A stretch of 64,000 nucleotides of DNA from Callorhinchus milii (GCF_018977255.1 NW_024704766.1:7564001-7628000), one strand, 5' to 3'; positions 13,301-24,941 are shown, counted from the first letter of the stretch. The notes: generated from the sequence alone by a model not told the origin. Made by a program: numbers and translations.

Positions 13301-16300
13301 ACACACAATCCCAGCACTCCCACCACGGAATACACCGGTATGTGCCACAATTGCAACACCGGCATCGGAACCTTAAGTCTCCGCACCCTGAACCCTGAGG
13401 GAACCAGAGACAATTCATACAATTACACTGTACCTGTGGCAGGAGGAACTGTGTCTCTATCCCTGATCTGGGAGTGTGGACGGACGCACAGTGTAGAGGG
13501 AGTGTTACTGTGTCTCTAACCCTGACCTGGGAGTGTGGACACACAGTGTAGAGGAGCTTTACTGTGTCTCTAACCCTGACCTGGGAGTGTGGACGCACAG
13601 TGTAGAGGAGCTTTACTGTGTCTCTAACCCTGACCTGGGAGTGTGGACGCACAGTGTAGAGGGAGCTTCTGTGGTGGGAGGAGGATTGTGGTAAAAAAAT
13701 AATCCTTGTATTTGATATAATACGTAATTACATCGTCGAGACGTCTCAAAGCGCTTCACAGAACACACTATAAAGTGAATTGACTGTATATTTTGTGGGC
13801 AAAATGTGGCAGCCAATTGCACACAGCAACGTCCTACAAACAGTCGTGGATTGAGTGACCAAACTATTATTGTTTATTTTGAAGGAGTATTATCCCCGGG
13901 AAAGCGATCCACCAATCGGCTAACAACCGGGTTCCCACTTACTGCTGGGTAAACAGTAAATACTGTGAAGTGTAGTGACTGTATTTCCTGGGTGAAACAT
14001 GGCAGGCAATTGCACACAGCAGCGCCCCACAAACAGTCGTGGATTGAGTGACCACATTTCTTTTTGGAAGGCATTATTACCCCCGGAAAGCAATTCGCCA
14101 ATCGACTAACAACCGGGTTCCTACTGACTGCTGAGAAAAGAGGTGTGTGCGCGTGTGTGTGATGTGTCTGTCTGTGTGTGTGTGGAGTAAGGAAACTTGT
14201 CTAAGGTTTTGTCATGTCCTTCCCGGGAATTGCAGTCGGGTCCTCTGGCTTGTGAGGCGAGGGCTCTAATCACTGAGCTACAGGGACACACATCGTATCC
14301 AGGCAGGAAAACTACATTGATATCTTCATTACCTGCACACAGGACCCTGACTGTCATGTTGGCTTTGCGGATGATACGATGGGTCCTGGGCGTCCGCACC
14401 TCACAGCTGTAGAGGCCGGAGTCGCTGCACTTGGCTGCGGTGAGGAGGATGGAGCAGTTGTTGTGCTGGATGTTGCCGGCCCAGAGCAGTCTGGACGTGA
14501 AGTTCGTGCCCGGGACAATCACCGATATGTTACTGTAATAATACAGGATCTGACGGCAAAGGATTTCACCTCAAAAGTTTAGTGTTTAGCTGGTCAATGA
14601 CAATCACAGTCTCCAGTAGGACTTAGAGACACAGCAAAGCTCCCTCTACATTGTGTGTCCGTCCACACTCCCAGGTCAGGGTTAGAGACACAGTAAAGCT
14701 CCTCTACACTGTGCGTCCACACTCCCAGGTCAGGGTTAGAGACACAGTAAAGCTCCTCTACACTGTGTGTCCACACTCCCAGGTCAGGGTTAGAGACACA
14801 GTAAAGCTCCTCTACACTTGGCCAACTGGAGCTGGGAACCCAATCTCAGACATGGAATGAAGTCACAGTCCGTCCACATGTCCTTGAGCGGAGACTGGTT
14901 ATGGTGATGCCCTCTCCCCCCCATCCCCCACCGTGGTGTGTTACCTCTTGTTGGGTCTCGGCACTGTGCGTGGAATGGTACCAATCCACCTTCACATCCC
15001 CCACGCTGGTATTGGGGGGCAGCTCGAGGTCGCACTGCAGTAAAGCCGGATCCCCCTCCCTCACGCCCTCTGGTGGCCACAACCGGAGTGCCAGGAGCCA
15101 GCGCACAGCTACAGCAAACACAGGGTTAATGTTAAAACAGTAATGATGTGATCAGTCAATCCACAGCCATTTGTGCGGCATTGCTGTGTACCATTGGCTG
15201 TCAAGTTTCACCCACAAAATGCTCAGTACACTTTGCATTGGAGTCCTGTAGCTCAGTGGTTAGACCACTCGCCTCACAAGTAAGAGACTTGGGTTCGATT
15301 CCTGGGCAAGTTTCCTTATTCCACACACCTCTGTTTACCAGCAGTCAGTAGGAACCCGGCTGTTAGTCGGTTGACGGATCGCTTTTCTGGGGATAATAAT
15401 CCCTTCAAAAGTATTTTTTAAAAAGATAAGTAGTAATTTGGTCACTCAATCCACGACTGTTTGTGGAACGCTGCTCTGCGCAATTGGCTTTTGCTCATAA
15501 AATACCCGGTCACTACACTTCCTCTCCAGTGACAGAGGTGAGGAGAAAGAGAGGGGGCGAGAGGGGAGGGGGAGGACAGAGAGGCTCGAAGGTGGAGCTC
15601 CAGCTCATGGTGGGAGGGGGGCAGGGGGCTGGAGGGGTATCGGGTAGGTACATGAATAAGGTTGGTGTTTCCTGAATGAAGGAAGCGAGCCCTCAGTATG
15701 ACCTTAGAGAGATTAGGGTTTGGGCGAGGATAGCTGGGGGAGGGAGCGCTGGGGTGGGGGGGGGGAGCGCTGGGGTGGGGGGGGGGAGCGCTGGGGTGGG
15801 GGGGGGGCGAGCGCTGGGGTGGGGGGGGGGGGAGCGCTGGTGGTGGGGTGGGTGGGAGAACTGGGGTGGGGGGGAAGGGAGCGCTGGGGTGGGGGGAGGG
15901 AGCGCTGGTGGTGGGTGGGTGGGAGAACTGGGGTGGGGGGGAAGGGAGCGCTGGGGTGGGGGGGAGGGAGCGGTGGTGGTGGGGTGGGTGGGAAGAACTG
16001 GGGTGGGGGGAGAAGGGAGCACTGGTGGTGGGGTGGATGGGGAGCACTGGGGTGGGGGGGAGGGAGCGCTGGTGGTGGGTGGATGGGGAGCATTGGGGGG
16101 GGGAGGGGCGCTGGTGTGGGGTGGGTGGGAGAACTGGGGTGGGGGGGAAGGGAGCGCTGGGGTGGGGGGAGGGAGCGCTGGTGGGGGGTGGGGGGAGAAC
16201 GGGTGGGGGGAGGGAGCGCTGGGGGGGGGGAGGGAGCGCTGGTGGTGGGGTGGGTGGGGAGAACTGGGGTGGGGGAGAAGGGAGCACTGGTGGTGGGGTG

Positions 16301-16718
16301 GATGGGGAGCACTGGGGTGGGGGGGAGGGAGCGCTGGTGGTGGGTGGGTGGGGAGCACTGGGGTGGGGGGAGGGAGCGCTGGTGGTGGGGTGGGTGGGGA
16401 GCACTGGGGTGGGGGGGAGGGAGCACTGGGGTGGGGGGGAGGGAGCGCTGGTGGTGGGGTGGGTGGGAGCACTGGGGTGGGGGGGAAGGGAGCGCTGGGG
16501 TGGGGGGGAGGGAGCGCTGGTGGTGGGGTGGGTGGGGAGAACTGGGGGTGGGCGGGGAGGGAGCACTGGGGGTTGGATTGGGAGCACTGTCTGCCTCAGT
16601 GCGGTCCCTGTGACCCAGAAACACTTCACCAGTTACAGTCTCTTCATGACTCCGAGGCTCGACCTTACTTACCACCGAGGAAGAGGAAAAGAGAGGACAG
16701 GGGTAGAGCGGAGGCCAT
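7352..16718 (-). CDS. JAML/AMICA1-like type I membrane protein with a single Ig V domain; terminal exon not resolved
   Basis: Phase-consistent exons: 16673-16718 leader ([15 protein letters not shown]); 14945-15108 V first half (LQC...DWY); 14333-14549 V second half (RLLWAGN...DSGLYSCEV); 13259-13394 transmembrane ([26 protein letters not shown]); 12643-12676; 7352-7474 cytoplasmic (DIYVTV...ETYMTM). The YMTM motif at an exon end and 11q23-type neighbours suggest JAML, from my recollection of the human protein. Confidence 0.7.
7620..7755 (+). mobile_element. Chondrichthyan CR1-type 3'-tail repeat (HE1/HER1-like); further copies near 33060-33190, 35620-35780 (minus) and 51035-51115
   Basis: Recurrent gaaacgttaact...gatgctgcctgacctg...ttccagc...tttcagatttccagcatctgcagtattttgc motif. 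Family name is from memory. Confidence 0.6.
7975..10480 (-). mobile_element. Decayed L2 LINE covering most of ORF2 (endonuclease, RT, 3' tail)
   Basis: Minus-strand translations contain [52 protein letters not shown] and [10 protein letters not shown], plus an L2 tail ending in ttg repeats near 7985. Confidence 0.85.
10485..12330 (-). mobile_element. Second, younger L2 LINE, head-to-tail with the previous one
   Basis: [26 protein letters not shown] and [10 protein letters not shown] motifs. Its 3' tail (gttgttgtt) at 10487-10500 abuts the first element. Confidence 0.85.
12870..13234 (-). mobile_element. Full-length tRNA-derived SINE
   Basis: Same head, body and (ATT)n tail as 6990-7337. Confidence 0.85.
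13440..13665 (+). repeat. 54-bp minisatellite, about 4 units
   Basis: Unit ctgtgtctctaaccctgacctgggagtgtggacgcacagtgtagaggagcttta; gives an 18-aa repeat in the ORF track. Confidence 0.9.
13700..14290 (-). mobile_element. Cluster of tandem tRNA-SINE copies and fragments
   Basis: Body motif gcagccaattgcacacagca...cagtcgtggattgagtgacc occurs twice, followed by a head fragment. Confidence 0.75.
14625..14820 (-). repeat. Same 54-bp minisatellite in inverted orientation, about 4 units
   Basis: agagacacagtaaagctcctctacactgtgcgtccacactcccaggtcagggtt is the reverse complement of the 13440 unit. Confidence 0.9.
15239..15500 (+). mobile_element. tRNA-derived SINE, 5' part
   Basis: ggagtcctgtagctcagtggttagacc...gggttcgattcctggg head. 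Confidence 0.8.
15730..16570. repeat. G-rich minisatellite in intron 1 of the JAML-like gene
   Basis: Repeated gggagcgctggtggtggggtgggtgggagaactggggtggggg variants. Confidence 0.9.
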
Positions 16719-16949
16719 CCCGAGCACACACCGTGGGGTCCAGTGGCCACAAGAACCCTACGTCACCAGCTCCGGTTTCCCCCCTGTTGACACCCCACGT
16801 CTCGGAGCTGCTGAGCGGGTTGTGTCAGTTACTCAAACCACCAGCACTCGGCAAGAAGGAAACAGCGAGATACCAACTGTCTCTCAAGGTATTTATAGTG
16901 ACTGATCTCTTCCGGTTTCATATCAGGTCACTTCAAGTTAATAACCACA

Positions 16950-17700
16950 CACACGTACACACTCGCAGCTACACACACACATACCCGCACACCTACACAC
17001 ACACCCGCGCACCTACACACACACCCGCGCACCTACACACACACACATACCCGCACACCTACACACACCCGCGCACCTACACACACACCCGCGCACCTAC
17101 ACACACACACATACCCGCACACCTATACACACACCCGCGCACCTACACACACACACATACCCGCACACCTACACACACACCCGCGCACCTACACACACAC
17201 CCGCGCACCTACACACACACATACCCGCACACCTATACACACACCCGCGCACCTATACACACACCCGCGCACCTACACACACACACATACCCGCACACCT
17301 ATACACACACCCGCGCACCTACACACACACTCGCACCTACACACACACACATACCCGCGCACCTATACACACACCCGCGCACCTACTCGCACCTACACAC
17401 ACACACATACCCGCGCACCTATACACACACCCGCGCACCTACACACACACTCGCACCTACACACACACACACATACCCACACACCTTTACATACACCCGC
17501 GCACCTACACACACCCGCGCACCTACACACACACACATACCCGCACACCTATACACACACCCGCGCACCTACACACACACTCGCACCTACACACACACCC
17601 GTGCACCTACACACACCCGCGCACCTACACACACACTCGCACCTACGTACACACACATTCGCACCTACACACACACTCGCACCCGCCCTCACACACGTCC
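16950..17700. repeat. CA-rich minisatellite (acacacacccgcgcacct)n
   Basis: Direct reading. Confidence 0.9.
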
Positions 17701-18611
17701 TCTCTCACACACACCCGCCCTTGTAAATGCACCCGCACACACTGACACACAGACACCTAACAACAAAAAATTACATTTATATAACGCCTTTCAGGTCAGT
17801 AGGACATCCCACACAAACACACACCACATTTCTGAGCCATTTTTGTTGAGCAGGTTTGGGATATTTGAGGTAAACCCAGTACATCACACATCAAAACATC
17901 TCAGATAGTCACAGCTTGTGACTCGTGCTCACCGTCACTGTGAGAGGTGAGAGACACCCCCACCCCCACCCCCACCCCCACGGCTCTCCCTATCATCCCC
18001 TTCCCTCTCGCTCTCTCACACACACTCTCTCGTACACTTTCTCTCCCTCTCTCTCTCTCACTCTCTCTCCCTCACTCTNNNNNNNNNNNNNNNNNNNNNN
18101 NNNNNNNNNNNNNNNNNNNNNNNNNNNNNNNNNNNNNNNNNNNNNNNNNNNNNNNNNNNNNNNNNNNNNNNNNNNNNNNNNNNNNNNNNNNNNNNNNNNN
18201 NNNNNNNNNNNNNNNNNNNNNNNNNNNNNNNNNNNNNNNNNNNNNNNNCGTTCACTCTCCCTCACTCTCGCGCTCTCTCCCTCACTCTCGCGCTCTCTCC
18301 CTCACTCTCGCGCTCTCTCCCTCACTCTCACTCCCTCGATCCCACTGTCGCTCTCTCTCTCTCCCTCACTCTCTCTCCCTCCCTCACTCTCTCCNNNNNN
18401 NNNNNNNNNNNNNNNNNNNNNNNNNNNNNNNNNNNNNNNNNNNNNNNNNNNNNNNNNNNNNNNNNNNNNNNNNNNNNNNNNNNNNNNNNNNNNNNNNNNN
18501 NNNNNNNNNNNNNNNNNNNNNNNNNNNNNNNNNNNNNNNNNNNNNNNNNNNNNNNNNNNNNNNNNNNNNNNNNNNNNNNNNNNNNNNNNNNNNNNNNNNG
18601 AGCGGTTCAGG

Positions 18612-20354
18612 ATGAAGGTGGAGGTGTTGATGTCGCTGTTGGTGTTGTTGCCGTCTCTGGTTGTGGTGGTGGCGCTGCTGCTGTGGATGGGGGTCTCAGG
18701 GCTCATCAGCTGTGATCCCCCCGACAAGGGGCTGGACACCCGGGTCACTGAGGGTGAGTACTGGGGGGGGGGGGGGGAGTGTGTGTGGGGGGGGAGTGTG
18801 TGTGGGGGGGGGGGAGTGTGTGGGGGAGGGGGAGTGTGTGTGGGGGGGGAGTGTTGTGTGGGGGCGGTGGGGAGTGTGTGGGGGGAGTGTGTGTGGGGGG
18901 GGGGGGAGTGTGTGGGGGGAGTGTGTGGGGGGGGGGGAGTGTGTGGGGGGGGGAGTGTGTGTGGGGGGGGAGTGTTATTGCCCATTTGCCAGACTTTGCC
19001 GCGTGCTGTTGTGTTCAGGACGGTGATCGGAGACGGAGACGGTGATGGAGGTGGGGGACGGGGCGAGAGGCTGTATGTGAAATGTGCGGCCTGTCTGCAG
19101 GTAGGAGCAGTGGTCCTGGGGGTCCCGGGTTCCTGGGGGTCCCGGGTTCCTGGGGGTCCCGGCGTTCCTGGGGTCCCGGGTTCCTGGGGTCCCGGGTTCT
19201 GGGGGTCCGGGTTCCTGGGGGTCCCGGGTTCCTGGGGGTCCCGGGTTCCTGGGGGTCCCGGGTTCCTGGGGGTCCCGGCGTTCCTGGGGGTCCCGGGTTC
19301 CTGGGGGTCCCGGGTTCCTGGGGGTCCCGGGTTCCTGGGGGTCCCGGGTTCCTGGGGGTCCCGGGTTCCTGGGGGTCCCGCGTTCCTGGGGTCCGGCGTT
19401 CCTGGGGTCCGGGTTCCTGGGGTCCGGTGTTCCTGGGGGTCCCGGGGTTCCTGGGGGTCCCGGGGTTCCTGGGGGTCCTGGGGGGTCCCGGGTTCCTGGG
19501 GGTCCCGGCGTTCCTGGGGGTCCCGGGTTCCTGGGGGTCCCGGGTTCCTGGGGGTCCCGGGTTCCTGGGGGTCCCGGGTTCCTGGGGGTCCCGGCGTTCC
19601 TGGGGGTCCCGGGTTCCTGGGGGTCCCGGTGTTCCTGGGGGTCCCGGGGTTCCTGGGGGTCCCGGGGTTCCTGGGGGTCCCGGGGGCTCAGACAGACAGA
19701 GAAACTCCTCTCATTCTCAACAGTGTTGCGGGAATCTTAACGTCTGTCCGGGGAGTGAATGGGGTTTAACGTCTCGTCTGAAGCCAATGTCTCTCTCCCT
19801 CCCCCCACCCCCAGCACTGTGCTGGAGCACCAGTGTGAGCCCCCCCCCCCCCCCGTGACCGCAGAAGCTCACCACTCAAATCCCCTCCCCCCCTCTCACT
19901 CCTCCCCCCTCTCCCTCTCTTTCCCTCCCACTCTCCCCCTCTTTCCTTCCCATTCTCCCTCCCTCTCTCCCTCCCCCTCTCTCTCACCCTCTTCCCCTCT
20001 CCCTCTCCCCCACTCTCCCCCGTCTCTCCCCCCCTCTNNNNNNNNNNNNNNNNNNNNNNNNNNNNNNNNNNNNNNNNNNNNNNNNNNNNNNNNNNNNNNN
20101 NNNNNNNNNNNNNNNNNNNNNNNNNNNNNNNNNNNNNNNNNNNNNNNNNNNNNNNNNNNNNNNNNNNCCTCTCTCTCTCTCCCCTCCTCCTGTGTCCCCC
20201 CTCCCTCTCTCCCCCCCTCTCTCTGTGCTGCTGTGTCCTCACCTCTGACTCCCATGTGTGTGTTTCTCACCAGGATTCTGATGATGACGACGATGATGAA
20301 GATTTTCACCGTTTTTACCCCACATCACCGACACAGTCACCGACAGCAAACTAA
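18612..20354 (+). CDS. Unidentified candidate membrane-protein gene (partial, flanked by gaps)
   Basis: Candidate exons: 18612-18753 with a hydrophobic stretch (VEVLMSLLVLLPSLVVVVALLLWMGV) and donor G|GTGAGT; 18993-19100 (AG...CAG|GTAGGA); 20274-20354 acidic terminal exon DSDDDDDDEDFHRFYPTSPTQSPTAN-stop after tttctcaccAG. The first and second exons are not phase-compatible. Confidence 0.35.
19110..19685. repeat. 17-bp GC-rich VNTR (gggggtcccgggttcct)n
   Basis: Direct reading; the unit is not a multiple of 3. Confidence 0.9.
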
Positions 20355-20769
20355 CCGGGGTGGGGGGTGGGGGTGGGGGCCCAGTGGTCGATTGGTTTTT
20401 AAATGCCATTTCATATTAAGAATTTGAGGCGTCTCAAAGCACTTCACAGAATATATTGTAAAGTGTAGTGACTGTGAATTTTGTGGGCGAAACGCAGGCA
20501 GCCGATTGCACACAGCAGCGTCCCCACAAACAGCCGTGGGTTGAGTGACCAAATTATTATTATTATGTTTTTGAAGGGATTAAACCCCCTTTTGTTTTGA
20601 CAACTCGAACAGCAAACTGTGGTTTACTCAACAATACATCAACATATCGCAAACGGCACTCACTCCCCCACACATTGTACATTTAATGTAAACTGATTTC
20701 TCTCTCTCTCTCTTGTGGTGAATATAGCTTTTTTGTAAATAAAATAAAAAATACAATGATACATTTTGC

Positions 20770-23000
20770 TGCAGAGGAATGCTCTTTACATCACAGCCAT
20801 CGTCAACCTGTCCCTCTCCTGTGGCTCTGTTCCCATTCTCTTAAAAACTGCCATCGTCACTCCCACCTTGAAAAAACCCTCCTTTGATGCGTCGCAGCTA
20901 TCAATCTCCGGCCCATCTCCAACCTCCCCTTCCTGTCCAAGGTCCTGGAGAGTTGTCCCTCCCAGCTGCGCTCTTTCCTCTCCACCCATTCATTATTCGA
21001 ACCCCTTCAGTCGGGTTTCATGCTGCCCATAGCACAGAAACTGCCCTGGTCAAGGTCACCAATGACATCCTGACCATCTGTGACCAGGGCTCCCTCTGCC
21101 TCCTCGTCCTCCTCGACCTATCGGCAGCATTCGATACGGTCGACCACACTATCCTCCTCCACCGCTTGTCCTCCCACCTCAACCTTCAAGGCCTGTCCTT
21201 GAGTGGTTTAGGTCGTACCTCTCCCACCATCTTCACTTTGTCTCCACAAATGGCTTTTCCTCCACCCCCCGCACTGTCTCGTGCGGTGTCCCTCAGGGCT
21301 CTGTCCTCGGTCCCCTCCTCTTCACCCTCTATATGCTCCCCCTGTGGTGACATCATCCGCAGACATGGGGTTAACTCCCACATGTATGCGGATGACACCC
21401 AACTCTACCTTTCCTCCTCTACCCTCAACCCCCGATGTCCTGACAGCTGTCTGTCCGACATCGAGTCCTGGACGAGAGACAACTTTCTTCAGCTCAACGT
21501 GCGCAAAACTGAGGCCCTCCTGATTGGCTCACGTCAGCGCCTCCGCACCTCAGGCGCTGACAGCATCAGCATCCAAGTCCGCACTCTCCACCTCTCAAAG
21601 CCATCAGGAACCTCGGGTTCTCGACCCTGAGCTGTCCTTTCTCCCTCATATCCGCACCACAACTGGCACCGCCTTCCATCACCTCCGGAATCGCCAGACT
21701 ACGGCACTACCTCACCCCTCACGCGGCTGAAACTCTGGTCCACACCTTTATCACCTCAAGGCTGGACTATGGGAACTCTCTCCTCGTCGGCCTTCCCGGC
21801 CCTCCCTCCACACTGCAGGTCATTCAGAACTCTGCAGCTCGTGTACTGTCCCGCACCAGACACCGCGACCACATCACTCCCACCCTCGCCCTCACCCTCG
21901 CCCTCACCCTCGCCCTCGCTCGCCTCCACTGCTCCCCATCCCCAGAGGATCAATTCAAGATCCTCATCCTCACCTACAAGGCCATTCACGGCCTCGCTCC
22001 CTCCTACCTCTCCGACCTACTATCCCCCTACTACTGCCCGTACCCTCCGTTCCTCTGGCTCCGGTCTGCTCCACATCCCCCGCCCCAACCGCCCGACCAT
22101 CGGTGGCCTTCAGCCTCTCAGCCCCGAGGCTCTGGAACTCCATCCCCAGTGCCTTCGCCGCTTCCTCCCTTTCCTCCTTCAAGGCCGGTCTCAAGACCTT
22201 TCTCTTTGACCTTCAGCCTTCAGCTCCCCTCTCGACTCTCTACCCCCTCCTCGCTCCCTCCCTTCCCTCCCCTCACCCTGACCATTTCCCCCCTCCTCGC
22301 TCCCTCCCTTCCCTCCCCTCACCCTGACCATTTCCCCCTCCTCGCTCCCTCCCTTCCCTCCCCTCACCCTGACCATTTCCCCCCTCCTCGCTCCCTCCCT
22401 TCCCTCCCCTCACCCTGACCATTTCCCCCCTCCTCGCTCCCTCCCTTCCCTCCCCTCACCCTGACCATTTCCCCCCTCCTCGCTCCCTCCCTTCCCTCCC
22501 CTCACCCTGACCATTTCCCCCTCCTCGCTCCCTCCCTTCCCTCCCCTCACCCTGACCATTTCCCCCTCCTCGCTCCCTCCCTTCCCTCCCCTCACCCTGA
22601 CCATTTCCCCCCTCCTCGCTCCCTCCCTTCCCTCCCCTCACCCTGACCATTTCCCCCTCCTCGCTCCCTCCCTTCCCTCCCCTCACCCTGACCATTTCCC
22701 CCCTCCTCGCTCCCTCCCTTCCCTCCCCTCACCCTGACCATTTCCCCCCTCCTCGCTCCCTCCCTTCCCTCCCCTCACCCTGACCATTTCCCCCCTCCTC
22801 GCTCCCTCCCTTCCCTCCCCTCACCCTGACCATTTCCCCCCTCCTCGCTCCCTCCCTTCCCTCCCCTCACCCTGACCATTTCCCCCCTCCTCCCCTGACC
22901 ATTTCCCCCCTGCTCGGGTCATGACCCAACTGTGCAGCGCCTTGGGACGTCCTCCTGACGTGAAAGGCGCTTTATAAATGGAATCTTGTTGTTGTTGTTG
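20770..23000 (+). mobile_element. 5'-truncated L2 LINE with an expanded VNTR in its 3' UTR
   Basis: [27 protein letters not shown] and [10 protein letters not shown] motifs; about 14 copies of a 45-46-bp unit at 22246-22890; tail ...aaaggcgctttataaatggaatcttgttgttgttg. Confidence 0.9.
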
Positions 23001-23920
23001 TTGATGAGTAGTTCAGGACATGTGTACATGTGACCACCAGGAAGGTGGAAGGCAAACTAGATGGACTTGGTCTTTTTTTGTGTAGCATTTCTTATGTTCT
23101 TATGTAAAATGAACAAACAACTCTTAACTTTGTCTCACAATGTAAACATTCCCCTTATACAATCAGCTCCGGCTGCTCATCCACAGCTCAGAAACAGTGT
23201 AAAGCTCCCAATCAAGGGAAACGTATCCAGTCAATTCCCAGCAAATTAGTTTTCCCCCTTTCCTTTGCATGTCTCTGGATTCCACTGTGCAGCACCCCCG
23301 CCACCCCCCACCCCCCCGGCATACAGTTGTTAGTTGATTAGCGGATGGTAATAAATCCCCCCCCAAAAAATAAATTACTCACTGAGTCCATGGTTGTTTG
23401 TGGGACGCTGCTGAGCACAATTAGCTGCTGCGTTTCGCCCACAAAATACACAGTCAATTCACTTTACAATATATTCTGTGAAGCACTTTGAGATGTGATA
23501 AGACGTTATATTAAATGCAAAGATTATTAGTGTTATTATTATCTGAAAGTGTGAGCAGGATCCCAAGCTGGGTCACCCTGGGTGTACAGTGTGGCTGGGT
23601 GTGTCACCCCCATCCTCACCCGGCTCTACTGGCTTCCTATCACTCAGAGGTTACAATTCAAGATCCTGGTCCTCACCTTCAAAGCTCTCCATGGTCTCGC
23701 ACCCCCCTACCTCTGCGACCTCCTAACCCCCTTTCAACCTGTCCACTCCCTCTGCTCAGCGGACTCTGGCCTGCTTCACGTCACCGCCTTGGCAGGCGGG
23801 CCTTCAGGCTCTCTACCTCTGGATCTCCATCCTACAGTTCCTTCGCCTCGCCCACTCCCTCACCTTCTTCAAAACCCTCCTCTTTGACTGAACCTTCGAT
23901 CACCCTACTACCCTACTTGT

Positions 23921-24230
23921 GGAGTCCTGTGCTCAGTGGTTAGAGCACTCGCTTTGCAAGCGAGAGACCTGAGTTCAATTCCAGGCAGAGGGCGAAACAT
24001 TGGGCAAGTTTCCTTACTCCACACAGAGCCTAATAATAATCCCTCCAAAACAAAACAATAATAAATTGGTCATTTTCAATCCACGACTGTTTGTGGGACA
24101 TTGCTGTGCGCAATTGGCTGCCGCGTTCACCCACAAACATAGTCAATTCACTTACAGTCTATTCTGTGAAGCGCTTCCTCCCGACGTGAAAAGCACTATA
24201 TCAAATGCCAGGATTATTATTATTATTATT
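23921..24230 (+). mobile_element. tRNA-derived SINE
   Basis: Head ggagtcctgtgctcagtggttagagc at 23921; (ATT)n tail near 24215. Confidence 0.8.
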
Positions 24231-24537
24231 ACTACCCGCTCTGCCCTCATACCCTCCTGAATCATTAGCTTGGGTCCAAATCCCTGACTGTCCAGCATTT
24301 TGGAACATCCTCCCGAAGTGAAAGGCGCCGTGTAAATGAAACTTGTTGTTATGTGCAGTTGGGTGTGTATGCAGTGTGTGCTCGCAGTGTGGGTGTGCAG
24401 CGTGTGTATGTGTGAAGTGTATGTGTGCAGTATGTGTGTGCACTGTGTGTGTGCGCTGTGTGTGCAGTGTGTGTGGTGCAGTCTGTGTTGTGAGCGCGTG
24501 TGTGCGCGGGCTATAACAATGCTAGTGTGTGTGACAG

Positions 24538-24941
24538 GGCAAAGTGCAGAGCCAGACCACCACCGGAGATGCTTTTGTGCCGAAAAGAGCGGAGCTGGTT
24601 CCGAGCTACAAACCGGTGCCCCGAGTGGAGGAGCCTCCGGGGCAGCAGGACTTCACCACAGTCACCAGTCAGGCCTACAGGTCAGTGTGGCTCAGCGTGG
24701 GGACCACTGTCCCAGTGGGAAGGGGTGGGGTGGGGGGGTCTGAGACAGGCTGCCTGTCGTTCTTCTCTTGTGAAACTCTGAAAGGTTAAAGGTCTCCCTC
24801 TCTCTCTCCAGGGCTGTCCCTCTGCCCCTGTGCAGACTCCAGCTCTACCTCCGGCAGCAGCGTCTCAAGAGCATCCGGCAAAGCCACCTCAAACCCCCTC
24901 CACCATCACCACACAGTGACCCAACCCCTCCCTCACCTTAG
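24538..24941 (+). CDS. Last two exons of an unidentified gene with short T-T-x-x-x-x-F/Y motifs (possibly SAXO/MAP6-type microtubule-inner-protein-like)
   Basis: Exon 24538-24680 (GKVQSQTTTGDAFVPKRAELVPSYKPVPRVEEPPGQQDFTTVTSQAYR, donor AG|GTCAGT) is phase-compatible with 24812-24941 (AVPLPLCRLQLYLRQQRLKSIRQSHLKPPPPSPHSDPTPPSP-stop) after a long pyrimidine tract. Confidence 0.45.

Noticed and set aside
15442-17908. Long Pro-, Gly- and His/Thr-rich ORFs (259-686 aa)
   Set aside because: Open in several frames on both strands because G-rich and CA-rich minisatellites lack stops; they lie in an intron or upstream of the JAML-like gene.
19082-19858. Collagen- or elastin-like GPG/VPG ORF
   Set aside because: The underlying unit is 17 bp, so frame shifts every unit; no sustained Gly-X-Y register.
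22246-22890. CRISPR-like regular repeats (also 13440-13665 and 54765-55850)
   Set aside because: Head-to-tail tandem units without unique spacers, in a vertebrate genome.
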